A stretch of 62,070 nucleotides of DNA, filler included, from Circinaria calcarea (GCA_051942165.1; 22 parts of 22 records of this genome joined end to end with filler, not necessarily neighbours in it); one strand, 5' to 3'; shown: positions 36,181 to 49,272, counted from the whole stretch's first letter. A program made the numbers and translations. The notes: generated by a model from the sequence alone, not told the origin.

Positions 36181-37133
36181 GGTGACGACCGGGTAGGCGT
36201 CCTTTCTCGAACGCCTTCCGAACCGTTAAGCTGAACAATTCGAACTGAAGGCAAGACAAGACTCTTGCTTCGGTAGGGAATCTTGGAATGGGAAGAAGTG
36301 AACGAGAAGGCTAAAGGGTGATTGATGGACGACGGGGTTGCCAGCTTCGAGCTCTCAAGGTCGAGAAGGTTAATTGGATGATGGCGTGGTCTGTCAATTC
36401 ATCTGATGGAGCAGTGAAGGCAGGAATGTTGATCTTGACTTCCAACTACCACCGTCGCGAGGAGACAGAAGGGTGTGGATTGTGGAATGGGGATGAAGGT
36501 GTGTGAGAGTGAAGGTGGAGGTGAGCTCAGATGGAGGAGGAGGGTCGGGTCTGAGCTTTGGGCAACTCGCGTTTGTTGTGGACCCTTTCGGGTAACCTAC
36601 TCCATCTGGACGTTTCTTGGCGTTTCCCGTCGCCGGGCAACTCACAATTCTCCGCTATTATCTCTCTAGATAGATGTTTGATACTCTGTAACGACTCTGT
36701 TATATCTNNNNNNNNNNNNNNNNNNNNNNNNNNNNNNNNNNNNNNNNNNNNTTAATTAATTAANNNNNNNNNNNNNNNNNNNNNNNNNNNNNNNNNNNNN
36801 NNNNNNNGGTCTTAAAGGAAAAGTATCGATATGGAATTCGCGTTTCTGCTTGGGTGTCTTAAACGGCTTGGCTTCCACGTTTATTAGGGGGGGGGAGGGG
36901 GAATTTACGAGGCCGCTTTGGAACTGCTTGGTTTGGAAAATTTTGGCGGTGAGGTTTGGATTCGTGAGGTGGTGTGGTGGTGTGATAGGTCTGACAATAC
37001 GGTATACATCTATGCTTTTTCCGAGGGGGGTTTTGTTTTTGGTTCAAGTTGGTGTTTTGCCATTTTATGGGGATAGGTCTTTTTTGCTTTAAAAAGAAGA
37101 AGGGGGAGGGAATGGTTATACATTGATGGTTTC

Positions 37134-38201
37134 TCATCGTCCACCGTACAAAACCTCACAGACGCCTCCGATGGGCACGTCCATGACGGCATCGGTGCCT
37201 TCGTCCCAGAGCGCTTTCCAGTCCCGATCTCCCTCGGAACTGCTCCCTCGGCCATCTCCACCCAAACTCGGTTGCACATACCGCTCACCCGCTGCATTTC
37301 CAATTAGTTTCCCGTCCGCATCCACGATGGCGATGTTCGCAGCCTCGTCCACGATGTTCTCAATGCTGCTTAACGGCAGGGTTAGATATTCGGTGTTGTA
37401 GCACGCTAGGGCCACGTAGATGTAAACAATGGTCATGACGAGGAAGGAAGGGATGGCGAGCGACCACCATCGGTTCGGATAGTAGTAGATGCCTAGCTGG
37501 TGCAGGAAGGGAGAGGGCAGGTAGGACCAGAGGAGGTATATTACTACCAGCGGTCAGATAGAGTGAAAAACCAAACCGTGGAGAACTCTTCTTAAATGCC
37601 TACAAAAGGAAAGCGAGGAAACCAGGTAGAGCACGAAGCCGTAGTACTCGTACGTCGGCACCTTTGGGCTCGCCCTGGGGACCGTCGTCGCCGTCCGGGC
37701 GGACTTGGCAACGGCCGCTTCGGTATCGTTGGGCGTGTCATTTTCCGAGCTGTCTGGCGTGGTCGGTCTCGAGGGAGTGGCGGAGAACGAGGGACGCAGC
37801 AAAGAGGTCAAAGATGGCGAAGGCGGTAAGGGCGTGGGCGGGCGATTGTAGAAGGGCGGGGCGAACGAATTGAGGAAGGAGGAGTTGGACCGGTGGAAAA
37901 ATGGCTTTCGCTCAATCTGGCCGCGGACCTCATCCGAGCCGCTGTCATCGGAACTCGACGAGGAGCGCGTGTCTAGGGAGTAGTGAGACTGAAAGTCGGC
38001 GTCGTCGTCCTCTTCGGCGTCGTCTTCATCGACTGCCGCGCCCGGAGCGGAGAGGATATGGGCATAGCCGTTGATTGCTCGGGGCGTGCTCTCCTCTGGG
38101 CTGATGGATCTCTCGATTTGGAATCCATCTAGTCTGGGTAGATTCGGGGTTGAGCGGGAGTGAGCGAACGAGTTTTGGGGCCGTCGATTGGCTGCAGGCA
38201 T
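37134..38201 (-). CDS. GPI19: GPI-GlcNAc transferase subunit PIG-P/Gpi19; intron about 37546-37601
   Basis: YEYYGFVLY, YLLWSYLPSPFLHQLGIYYYPNRWWSLAIP, TDAVMDVPIGGVCEVLY. Confidence 0.9.
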
Positions 38202-38770
38202 TACCGTTGGACTACCGTGACCGTGGACGATCTTCTGTGAATACGATACTGCATGTTATAAGCGATGAGAAGCCTCACTCGAATCTGTCATAGAATGAGG
38301 TATGGTAGGTTTGATTGGCCTCCGCGGAGGTACTGACTCGCCCAATCCCGAGCCCATTTTCTACTGTGCAGCGGAACTGGTACCTTGCACCTACCTGAGG
38401 CTACCCTGTTCTATGGCTGACAATCGATTTCCCTACCAGTCGTCTTTCTCAAGGACGGGTACTGTATAGATAGTGCTGATAAGATGAAGAGCAGGGACCA
38501 GCATCACCGCACGCACCATGGCTAGCACGCAAAGCAACTACCAGCTGGATACTTATTAGCTGGCTTATCACTACGTTTTACGGTAAGAACGACATGCTGA
38601 GCTGGATGATCATCTAAAGCTCTCAAAGTCGAGGTTTCCCCACGTCTTATAAACCAAGTTATCCTCCCCATTTCTACCAAGAGCTTCTTTCTCTGCCTCA
38701 ACATAGTCGTTGGTAGACCAAGAGTCTACTATTCATTTCTCGTTTCCAGGACTGTTCTATCAATCGTAAG

Positions 38771-39530
38771 ATGATGATGATGTACCCTCAATCCATTTTT
38801 ATCCTTGCACTTGCCCTACCTTGGACCCAAGCAACCGAGACTGTCCTGGGTCTCTACATCTTCTCCCGCCACGGTGATCGGACTTCCAAATCCACTCCGC
38901 CGACTATCTTGACAGACCTTGGTTACAACCAGATCTTCACCTCAGGCACCTACTTCCGCAATCGCTACATTGCATCGGATGCATCCTCAAAGATTGCCGG
39001 CATCAGCAGTGATGTCGTGATGTATCCTCAGATTGCCGCTTCTGCTCCATTGGATACCGTACTGATGCCCTCGGCCCAAGGCTTCCTGCAGGGATTGTAT
39101 CCCCCCGTTGGTGCAAAAGCAGACTCGGAAATCCTACGGGATGGGACAAAGGTACAATCGCCGCTCAATGGCTACCAGTTGATCCCAATTGCGACGGTCA
39201 CTTCCGGTACCGGCAGTGAGGATACGGCTTGGATTCAAGGCGTGAGCAACTGCGCCAAAGCCATTAGCAGCTCCAACGACTACTTTAGCAGTTCAGAATA
39301 TAGGAGCCTTCTGGACAGCACCACCGACTTTTACAGAAGCCTGACCCCCATCATAAACGCCACTTTTACTCCCGAGCAAACCAGTTTCAAGAATGCTTAT
39401 TCAAGTTCGTCATCCCCTTCCCGTTCTCTACCGTATTCCCTTCCCAGCCACCGTTATTAACATCCCCTAGTCTACGACCTCCTCAACGTCGCTTCCATCC
39501 ACAACACCAGCATCCCCCCCTCCCTCCTCC
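38771..39530 (+). CDS. Secreted histidine acid phosphatase, 3'-partial; intron 39405-39470
   Basis: Signal-peptide-like N-terminus, RHGDRT catalytic motif, FLQGLYPP. Confidence 0.9.
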
Positions 39531-39630
39531 NNNNNNNNNNNNNNNNNNNNNNNNNNNNNNNNNNNNNNNNNNNNTTAATTAATTAANNNNNNNNNNNNNN
39601 NNNNNNNNNNNNNNNNNNNNNNNNNNNNNN

Positions 39631-40245
39631 TCGATTTTCGGTTCCAGAGGCACATCTACCAACCGCACCAGCCATCGCGAATTGATCAATCAATTCCTCC
39701 GCGAATGGGACGGCATGAATGATCTCTCCGCCTTCATCATGGTCGCCACCAACCGGCCCTTTGACCTCGACGACGCCGTCCTCCGCCGTCTCCCGCGTCG
39801 TCTGCTCGTCGACCTCCCCACCGAAAAGGATCGAGAAGCCATCCTGCAAATCCACCTCAAAGACGAGATCCTCGACCCCTCCGTCTCCCTTTCCGCCCTT
39901 GCATCCCAAACCCCCTTTTACTCTGGTTCCGACCTCAAAAACTTATCCGTCGCTGCGGCCCTGGCCTGCGTACGCGAAGAAAACGATTCCGCGGCTGCCC
40001 ATACAGGGCATGAACCCTATCAGTACCCGGAAAAGCGGATCTTAGGGAAGAGGCACTTTGACAAGGCGATGGAGGAGATTAGCGCGAGTATCAGTGAGGA
40101 CATGAGTTCTCTGGGGGCGGTTCGGAAGTTCGACGAAAGGTTTGGCGATCGCCGGGGTAGGAGGAAGAGAAGTGGCGGGTATGGGTTTGGGACTTTGACG
40201 GAGGCGGAGAAGGACCGGGAGGGGGAGGTGAGGGTGAGGTCGTAG
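39631..40245 (+). CDS. AAA+ ATPase C-terminus (Msp1/spastin-like clade), 5'-partial
   Basis: HRELINQFLREWDG, VATNRPFDLDDAVLRRLPRR (second region of homology), YSGSDLKNL. Confidence 0.92.
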   Translation, partial: SIFGSRGTSTNRTSHRELINQFLREWDGMNDLSAFIMVATNRPFDLDDAVLRRLPRRLLVDLPTEKDREAILQIHLKDEILDPSVSLSALASQTPFYSGSDLKNLSVAAALACVREENDSAAAHTGHEPYQYPEKRILGKRHFDKAMEEISASISEDMSSLGAVRKFDERFGDRRGRRKRSGGYGFGTLTEAEKDREGEVRVRS

Positions 40246-41978
40246 GATTGGGTTCTTTCTCGGGTGCGTGATGCGGGTTGATTTTCGTATTGTTTGGACC
40301 TCGGTGGTATAGATGGATGTCACAGATTAAATCGAGGATCTTGGTCTTTGCATCCTCTTGCAAACTTACCTTACCTTAGTTAGTCGCGCGTGCCTGTCTC
40401 AAGTCTCAAATCTCAAAACCGAGGAGCATGTCTTTTCTTGGTCGTATGGGTTTTGTATATGTGGAAAGGGAACAGGCAGCCAACTGCCGTTGTCCAGAGA
40501 GGCTTGCAACTCTAAACGGTAGACATGCTGCAGCTTTGGCGACTTCCTTTAGTGAACCCGACCGTGCCCGACCAACATGGTAAACCTCGGGCTCAAAGTC
40601 GTGTATTTTGTTGCCAACCGTTGGCGAATTATTGTCAGTATTATATAAATGGTCGTATTGTGAACGGCGAAATATCTGCGACGCACCCCTACTTTGCCAT
40701 TCTGAGCTCCCACGCACCCCCGCACCCCCTTTTCTTATTATCACCGGGGGGTGAGGGGAAGATTTTTTAAAAAGTCCCCTGCCTTTTGCTTTTCCTTTTT
40801 CCTTTTTCCTATCCCCCGTCCCCCCGGTCGGTGCCTCCCTCGAATATTTCTTTTTCGGGGGGGGGGGGTGGTTTCAAGTATATTTAAAACCCCCCCAACC
40901 GAGTTTGGACGAGCGGGGGTATTTTTTCCCCATTTATTTCTCTTTCTCTTTCTATTTGGTTGGTTTCCCGTAGGTAGGTATCGTAGGTGTCTTTACCTTT
41001 ATACTGACACTAAACCCATACATACTCTTTGTGTTCACCTCTAAATTCCCCCCGGGTTCTTTTTTTCCCCCCTCCTCCTCCCCTTCCTCACCCTCGCTCC
41101 TCCCAAACTACGGGGGGGAATTGTTCTACTCCTACGACTTGGAATATCTGCCATCTGGCTCTGCGCCTGCATCTGGTATCTAGGCTTATAATCACCTTAT
41201 ACAGCTTTGCTTCTATCTTCTACCTTCAACCTTCTACCTGGCGAGGGGCAAGGCAAATTAACAAACCAAAAGCTCACCCCTAGGTGAATGGGTGTACTGA
41301 CCGAGACCGAGAACCGAGGGCTTTGTTGCTTATTGGGAGTTTAATCAAATCAGTTCAGTTCAGTTCAGTTCGGTCAGGGAAATGATATTAAAAAGCCGGG
41401 AGAGAGAGAGTAAAGGGAGGTTTTAGTCCCAAGGACAAGGACGAGGATGCGGTATTGAGGATTGAGGATGCGGGATTAAGGATTTTGGATGCGTGATGCG
41501 GAAAACCAGGAATAAAGGAAACAAATGCCAAGGAAAAAGAAAAAAAAAAAACCTGGGAGGAAAGGGAATAGAATGAGTCAAGTAAGAAAAATTCTCGACC
41601 TCTTATTTTTTGGAAAATTTCGAAAATTTTCCATTGATACACCAAAGTACCATAAGGTACCATATGCGCAAAGTATTTCCCGAAATACAATAGAAACTTT
41701 AATTTCACAGTGGAATGGGAAACCGGATGGATGGCTCAAGCAACGTGGGCCGGTAAGTTAATGATGATTGATACCTTGGTGTCTTTGTCATATCGTCATG
41801 GAAGCCCATTAGAACTCTGTAGAGCTACACAATCTAGCTGAACGTTTGGATATGTTTCTTCCTTGGTCCACCCTGGCGAGTTCAGTCTTGCAGCAAGCTT
41901 ATGTCGTAAAGCGGGGATATCTACATTAAATCTCCCAAGTCCATTGTCCAAACGCCCATTCCAAACCCAGAGTTCCCC

Positions 41979-42352
41979 TCACCACTTGGTCGGCGAATTC
42001 AGCGGACTCCCCTCTTCCTTTTCAGTCTCGGTCCTAATAATTCCCAAGACCCTCTTCACCCTTCCCACCCCCCTCGTCGCCAACCCTACCTTCTGCCCCT
42101 TCTCCTCTCCCCTTCCATCGAAAATCCCTTCGAATCCCACCTTTTTCTTCTTCCCAATCGGCGCTTCCATCGCCGTGGCTTTGGGTGGCCACTCCCCGTC
42201 TGCCTTCCAGCCTTGGACTAGGGCGCGCGTGAGGTCAGCGAGATTGATAGGGATGGCGGGAGAGCCACCTTCGGCGACGACTTTTCGGTAGATGGCGGGA
42301 TAGTGGATTTGTGTGATGGAGGCACGGATGAGGTTGGTGGGGGGAATGAGAG
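41979..42352 (-). CDS. Fungal hypothetical protein C-terminus, 5'-partial
   Basis: Open from the contig edge: IHYPAIYRKVV...PINLADLTRALVQGWKADGEWPP. Confidence 0.65.
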
Positions 42353-42452
42353 NNNNNNNNNNNNNNNNNNNNNNNNNNNNNNNNNNNNNNNNNNNNTTAA
42401 TTAATTAANNNNNNNNNNNNNNNNNNNNNNNNNNNNNNNNNNNNNNNNNNNN

Positions 42453-43658
42453 CGAGACGACTTCTACGCCAGAGTTGGTGGAAGTAAAGCTTCTATGGAG
42501 GGTCTCGCATCTACCATCCGCGGCGCCCTAAGAACAGTTCGAGAATCCGGCTATAGAATACTGTTCTGCTCAGGTAATATCACTACCGATTTCTACGGGT
42601 ATAACGAGTTACCAGAGCCATTGTCGAAAGCTCTATTCGCAGAGTCCTGTGCTTTGTCCACCCATCAGACGTCGATGCTCATTGATATCATCGGCCCGAT
42701 GGTTGCCGATTGCCCTCCTGATTACAGAAGCAATTTCCTTCCCCCATTGTTGTCCGCAATGTTCATTCAACTGGATCGAAAGGTTAGCACCGAATGGGAA
42801 AGCATTGAAGAGCGTAATAGAACTGCCACACCAGATTACAGTCTCACTGAAGAGATGCGCGATGAAAGTATTTTACGTCAATTAACGTCCAGTTGTGTCA
42901 TGATGGTGGTTGGCCTGCTGGATCCGAATAGGAATAGTAGGTGGTTCTCTGCTATGCGATACTGAAGGCATCTTATACTAACCAAGATTATAGATCCCCT
43001 TGAACAAGCAGCAGATCCTACAACAGACAACGCGGTCTCACCTGGCACCTCATCTAATGGAGGCTCTTTACGTACCTTCATATTAAACACCCCAGACATC
43101 CTGAAGCCGCTAATCCTTTTCTGCACCCATGCAATTCGGATGCATGATACGCGCTCATGTGGTCTGATTACACGTGTCCTCCGTTCGCTCATTCCCGAGT
43201 TTAATGGAGCTGCTCCCATTGATGCTGATGTTCGAGAATTCATCTCGACTGAAGTGTTCAAAGCGTGTATCACGTCGATACATGACCCTTATTTTGTGGA
43301 CACGCAAAATGATCTAGCAGGGCTAATCAGTATCATCATGCTCCAGTATCACACCATGACCGACACACCCCGACAGATTCTGCAATCTTTGCCTGAAATG
43401 ACCAACGAAAAAGTTGATCACGCAATAAACCGATTGGTCAAGGCACAGAATAGTAGTCGCCAGCAGAGGGCGATAATTTTGAAACTACTCGAAGGGCTCC
43501 GAGGTATCAGTATCAGTCAACAAGGCCGAATAGCCAAGCACGCTTCGATCAAGACGAGATCGGCCATGCAGCAACAGTATATGACTGTCGATGCGAATCC
43601 GAATCCTCGAAAGGAGTTAAGTCCGGACTTAGGAGGCGTTGCTGATATGTTTGGGTAG
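42453..43658 (+). CDS. MSN5: Exportin-5/Msn5 C-terminal region, 5'-partial, one intron near 42937-42992
   Basis: LTEEMRDESILRQLT, LILFCTHAIRMHDTRSC, VREFISTEVFKACITSIHDPYFVD, DLGGVADMFG. Confidence 0.85.
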
Positions 43659-43902
43659 GTTGCCGGAGGTTTGCTGAAGTAATTCTCGGCGTCTAAACAT
43701 GCTATTTTTTACAAGTGGCCATGTCGCCCTTGTTTCGAAGGGATGAACCTCTATAGGAGACGGCGCTATGATCCGCCTGTAGTTAGGTGGTCTGAAAAAC
43801 CTAGTCTTGCTTTGTAGCAAGAACATGGAATTTGAAAATAATGATTTTGATCACTCCACCCTTCAGAAAACTTATGTACATCTGAACTGCCACAACATAG
43901 CC

Positions 43903-44548
43903 TCATTTCGAGACGTGTTGAGGGGTGATTGCAAAAGTCGGACGCACGTATCTAGTATATGGTGACGGTTAGCTCAGTGCAATAACATCCACCACATTTG
44001 TCCACAAGTTTTAAATACTAGTGGCTGATGTAGCCTTAAATAGACTCTTGATGGGTTTTTTATAGCAAACGTTACATACCTGTCACTATTGTACGGACTA
44101 GTTTCTTTCCCCATCAACTCCTTCTCTCTTGCTCTATCCGCAAGATGCTTTCGAACCAAATCTCTATCCTCCTCTGCTTGCAACACCGGTATCAAATATA
44201 TCCGCGACCACATCTTCTCGCGAGCAAGCTCACTATGCGTCCTCACCATAAGTATATTCCTGATAGAGGGAGGTGGTAACCCCGCCAAACAAAGGTGCTC
44301 CCCTACTTTTGCTCCCTGATTCCCTTTCCCACTTTGATGAAACCATATGTCATAATAGCGCCGACAGCGAGGAGGTAATACGCCGGGCGGAACCCGCGAG
44401 CGGGTAGGTTGCGCTGCGGAGTGACGTTAGTTTTGCTTGATGAGATGGAGGCAATTGGTGTTAGTTGGGAGGTGGGACAAAGGGTGGACTGACTGACCTT
44501 GTATTGAATTGGCTCGTATCCACCCGCCGGGGGCAGATCTTGAGGCAT
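43903..44548 (-). CDS. NDUFA13: Complex I subunit B16.6 / GRIM-19, four exons
   Basis: MPQDLPPAGGYEPIQYK|RNLPARGFRP...|ELAREKMWSRIYLIPVLQAEEDRD...YNSDR|YVRPTF. Confidence 0.95.
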
Positions 44549-44700
44549 CGTGTCTCTACTCGTATATTTTAAGATTTTGGGCAAGGAGTCTAGGATGGGT
44601 ATTTGGATAAGAGGTTCAAGCGGGCCTTTAATTCGCCGATCTCCCACTAGTTCATCAACATTTAATATGATCTTTAGGGCAAGCCACGGTTATCTTGATA

Positions 44701-45173
44701 ATGGAAGCAGAAGGACGACCTCAGAAGAAGAGAAGGGTCAGTCACTCTCCTGTTTCAGCCCCAAATGATACCAAAGCGGAGACTAGAAATTCAGACGTCT
44801 GTAATGTACCAAAATTGGAGCTTGATCCCGTGACAGATCCAGCCACTGAAGACGAGGATATCTTGAGCACGCCCGATTCAGTAAGGAATGGAGGCGTGAG
44901 CATTCCCAAAGATACTGCAGAAGATGCCGCAGTTCTGGATACGCCCGAAGACGGGACTATCACCGAACCACCGCTATCTAAAAACCAGCTCAAGAAGCTC
45001 AAACGCCAACAGGACTGGGAAGCCAGTAGATCAGCAAGAAGAGTAAAGAGAAAAACCAAAATCAAAGAGAAAAGAGAGCGGAAACGGGCCGCTCTTGAGG
45101 AAATAGCAATTCCCCGCTCGTTGCCAGCAGATGGCCACCTTGAAGGAGGGGTTCCCGCACAGCAGAGGGAAAA
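44701..45173 (+). CDS. TRM10: Probable tRNA m1G9 methyltransferase Trm10 N-terminus, 3'-partial
   Basis: PLSKNQLKKLKRQQDWEA...KRK.KIKEKRERKR resembles the Trm10 N-terminal extension. The catalytic domain is not in the window. Confidence 0.65.
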
Positions 45174-45273
45174 NNNNNNNNNNNNNNNNNNNNNNNNNNN
45201 NNNNNNNNNNNNNNNNNTTAATTAATTAANNNNNNNNNNNNNNNNNNNNNNNNNNNNNNNNNNNNNNNNNNNN

Positions 45274-46364
45274 CCCCGAAGCGGGACAAAGGTCCAATGG
45301 GTGTACCTGAGATCATGGAGCTGTCGCCGCATCCCACGGGGAATCTTGGATTCTTTCCAGCAACCACTTCAGGTGTCACCCCCAATTCCCAGCCCACTGC
45401 TGACTTTGACGCTCCTAATTTCAGCACAAATTCCCAGCAAGGCTTGAGTGTGGCAAATTTCGACCGAATTCAATTCAAGAAGGCCACGGCCAACAATGGA
45501 AAAAGGAGAGCCGCCCAGCAGTATTTCCACATCGTGGTTGAACTGTTTGCCAAGATTCCCAAGGGTCAATCTTCAGATACGCAATGGGTCAAGATTGCTG
45601 CGCGCTGGTCTGCCCCCATGGTGGTGCGTGGAAGATCTCCTGGCCACTATCAGGATGATCGCCGAAACAGTTCGACAAGCATGGGACCTTCCGGTGGATC
45701 GAATGGCGAGAGCAGTGGTGGCGGACCGCGAGATCCTGGTTCAACGTCAACCTCCGGAGGTCTACACGGCGGTATGTCGGGTGTGTCTTATCCAGGCTCT
45801 GGTCGCACGGGCGGTGGTGGGGGAGGTTATCAAGCCCATCACACGTCGCTGACACGGTCACCGTCCGACAATCAATCGGTTCCGTCGTCCAGTTCGTCAA
45901 GCCATGGAAGTTCTCGGCCTCCTTTTGCTGAGCGACCACCGGATCCCATCCTTACGGTCGAGGAAGCAAACAACATCGACCATCATCAAGGATACCAGTA
46001 TTATCCCGCGCCTCTCTTCGAAGCTCAAATGTACACTGACGCATCACGGCCAAGTCTTCCGCCCGTCCGGACTGCTCAATCAAAGCTTGATGGTCAATCT
46101 CTTCCTATGCATCACGATAACGCCCTTGGATTCGTGGCCTCGTCTCTGCTGGGGCATAATACGCAGCATCACGAGGCAGAGTCCAGCAAAGGAGCGCAGC
46201 AACGGAGGGCCGTTATGGGATTTCAGGCCTATCAATCTCCTAGTTTCGGTAACCACTGGCATACGGGTTCTGCGAACAACGGAATAGCTCCTCCAAGAGA
46301 CTGCGGACGATTTCAAGGAGTAGAAAGCAGTCGAGGTTACTATTCAGTTATGCCCGCTTTATGA
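45274..46364 (+). CDS. NDT80: NDT80/PhoG-family transcription factor, 5'-partial
   Basis: PKRDKGP, FDRIQFKKATANNGKRRAAQQYFHIVVELFA, SAPMVVRGRSPGHY. Confidence 0.92.
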
Positions 46365-47775
46365 TCGGGAAAGTCTTGAGGTTATTCAGCCTACCGCAGT
46401 GCGACTGGCCTCAAGCTGCTTTACAGAACACCTCTAACTCTTAATCGGGATATCACTCTCGTTCCATCTGAGACTAATGTCGCCCTTCATGGCACTGGCA
46501 TTAGGGATACATGGCGTGTATCCATGGTTGGCTGATGCCAATTCAGGCCCCTTTGGTCTGTGTGGGTTCTACGATGCCTTCTCTTCCTGCGAAATTAAGG
46601 GATATCAACACCTCTTTGCATTGCGATAGTTGTTCAGGGAAACAGGGGGTAAGGCGTGGTCAGTGGATACCTATCATTGCACTGGCGCCCGTCATCTGAG
46701 GAGCAAGAAGGTAAGGTAGGACGGGGGCGTTGGATAGGAGGATCTTCGGCGGAGTTGCGCATCAGTTCGGTCTTGGCTAATTGGGAAAAAGCGGGTTTCA
46801 GAAATGGATGTGGTGTTGTCTTATATTAGATGAATGATTTCGGGAAAAGGTTAGGGGACTGGTTGGACTGTGGACATGGACATGGACATGATTTGCCTGC
46901 ATATAGGCAGTGTAATATGTGCACGTCAAGCAGTCCACTCTGGTGGCCTATTCCGTTTACCATGTTACGACTTCAAGCAATAATGATGAACGACGGAGAT
47001 CCTATGATGCTGTGGTGATCAATTTGCAAAAAGGTTGGCTTCAGATAGGCAGTACTCGCTACAGCAGGCAATAGAGGCATCTGTCGACCGTAACCCTTTT
47101 TGAGATGACCGTGCAAGGTCGGCAGTCCAAGTTATCGCCAGTCAATGGACGAAATTTGGATCCGACTGGCGGGTAGTGATGAAGCTTGGCTGAATGGCAT
47201 GATGAATTTACTATGAGATGTAGACAGTTTCCCCCCCTACTGATAGATGCCGGGGATGAAGGGCGAGGTCACATGATTTACGTTGGGCATGGAGGAGTGA
47301 GGAGGGCATATTAAGGTATCTACTGTGATTGGGAGAAAAGACGGCGGAGATCCTTGCCTGACGACGACCGCGAGGACAACCGATCCCCAGGCTAGCCGTC
47401 ATCACCTCCAGCCATCGCATGCACTCTGCAATTTCTTGCTTCTTCTTCACCAACACCAAAGGAGAAAGGCATCGAGTACGTGTACGTTCATGAGATCTTC
47501 AAGAGAGTGCTTCGTATTATTTGGACAACCACACTTCCGACCGCACTAGTCCTCGTGGGGCAATTCCCCCCCTCAATCATCCCACCTGCAACAAAGCTCG
47601 TCAGTTGCCTGAAACATCACAGCGGAGAAGTGGCCAGTCCACCCACACGCCATTCTTCTGCAGCTGCACCGCTGGTATCACTGCTTGCTCGTCTCCGCCT
47701 CTGTGTCACCGAAGTCGGGTTCCGCAATTTCGAAACCTTGCATTACACGTTCTGCCACTTTGTTGGTAGATCACC

Positions 47776-47993
47776 ATGTCTCGATTTGGTGGTTACGGCG
47801 AACCACGTGGGCCCCCGGAACGTTGGACTCCTGAACGCTTTGAACGTGAAAGAGAACGAGCGGGACGATCGAGAGGAGCAGCCGTCATTGAGCGCGATCG
47901 CTACGAAGAGAGAGATGTCTACGAAAGTCATCTCAGCCCGCCGGCCGGTGGGCGTCGACGGGAAAGCTCGGCCGATGTCTTTTACCGCCGAAG
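47776..47993 (+). CDS. Arg/Glu-rich fungal hypothetical protein N-terminus, 3'-partial
   Basis: ACCATG context; MSRFGGYGEPRGPPERWTPERFERERER, open to the contig edge. Confidence 0.6.
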
Positions 47994-48093
47994 NNNNNNN
48001 NNNNNNNNNNNNNNNNNNNNNNNNNNNNNNNNNNNNNTTAATTAATTAANNNNNNNNNNNNNNNNNNNNNNNNNNNNNNNNNNNNNNNNNNNN

Positions 48094-49272
48094 GACCCGT
48101 CAGGAGCGCCACACTCGTCTCATGTAACCCTTCGCCATCGGATCCCTCAAAGGAAAGCCGGAACAGAAGAAGCATCTATACACTTTCTAGAAAGCTTTTA
48201 TCCAGCACGCCCTAAAGACTCACACGTTTTGCTCTTATCTCCTCAAGCCGAGCTCTCGCCGCTTTATTACCATTACTTAATCTATAATCTTCTAGAATAT
48301 AAATATTCGTCTTACGGGTCGGCTTCACAAGAAGCAGATAGTCTTATGGGCATCAGTCTCGAGCTGCCCTCTTGTCACCTTAATCAGACTGAGCGTCTCT
48401 CTCCGCCATCAAACAAATTCAAATCCGACCTGGAGGAAGATAACAATCGAAAGGAATCCGTTAGTTCCACCGGGACTTTACCATTTCTTTGGCAGGCCCC
48501 TAATAGCAACGCCGCTCTTTATTTCGGGGACAAGTGGATCGAGCTGCACGCTTTCTTCTCCGCTCGCATCTCTGCCAGCCGGCTCACTGAATCTCCTCTA
48601 CCATCACGACCAAAGATTGTCAGTTCAAAGTACCCTGCATGGATGGAGTACATGCTTGAATTCATGCGTGTCAAAGGATATACCCTATTATATCCAAACT
48701 TTGGACCTCTCGATTCTATTGTTACTGTTCATAATGAACTTTACCAGCCGCCTGAAGAATTTATTTCCTCAACGTCCCCCGCTGATATGTCGTCTCCGTC
48801 AACTTCCACACGAGGTCCTAACGAACCGTTCATAGTCGACCCAAAAGCCATGTCCACTACTCAGTTGCACTCTCTCGAAGTCCCTCTTCTGAAGACGCCC
48901 CTCCTCACCATCCTTCCAAACGCGGGCGACCTTCCTGAACTTTCATTTCTCACGCTTCTCTCTTACTCCGGGAATATCCTCACAACAGTTACGTCCAACA
49001 AGCAAGCAGACTCCTTCGCGGAGACCTTTAGCCGCGAGATTGGTGGCTGCAAAGCAAGCAAAAAAACCGAACCCTGGAAGCGATTCAGCGTGGATGATTT
49101 ATTTTGCTACGATGACGACGAAGCGGTTGATGTGGTTCCCAGCTCGCCGGAAGAGGGAAACACCGAAGACGGACCGGGGGAGGAATTCGCTCCGAGGAAA
49201 TTCGAGGAACGCCCGGCGACGGCAGAGGAATTCAAGGCGCATCTGGCAAGGCAGGCTCAGAATTCGAGATGA
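48094..49272 (+). CDS. Glycosyltransferase-2-like fungal protein C-terminal half, 5'-partial
   Basis: LRHRIP..FLESFYP..SHVLLLSPQAELSPLYYHYL..LEYKYS, GISLELP, FLWQAPNSNAALYFGDKW.ELH. Confidence 0.7.
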   Translation, partial: DPSGAPHSSHVTLRHRIPQRKAGTEEASIHFLESFYPARPKDSHVLLLSPQAELSPLYYHYLIYNLLEYKYSSYGSASQEADSLMGISLELPSCHLNQTERLSPPSNKFKSDLEEDNNRKESVSSTGTLPFLWQAPNSNAALYFGDKWIELHAFFSARISASRLTESPLPSRPKIVSSKYPAWMEYMLEFMRVKGYTLLYPNFGPLDSIVTVHNELYQPPEEFISSTSPADMSSPSTSTRGPNEPFIVDPKAMSTTQLHSLEVPLLKTPLLTILPNAGDLPELSFLTLLSYSGNILTTVTSNKQADSFAETFSREIGGCKASKKTEPWKRFSVDDLFCYDDDEAVDVVPSSPEEGNTEDGPGEEFAPRKFEERPATAEEFKAHLARQAQNSR

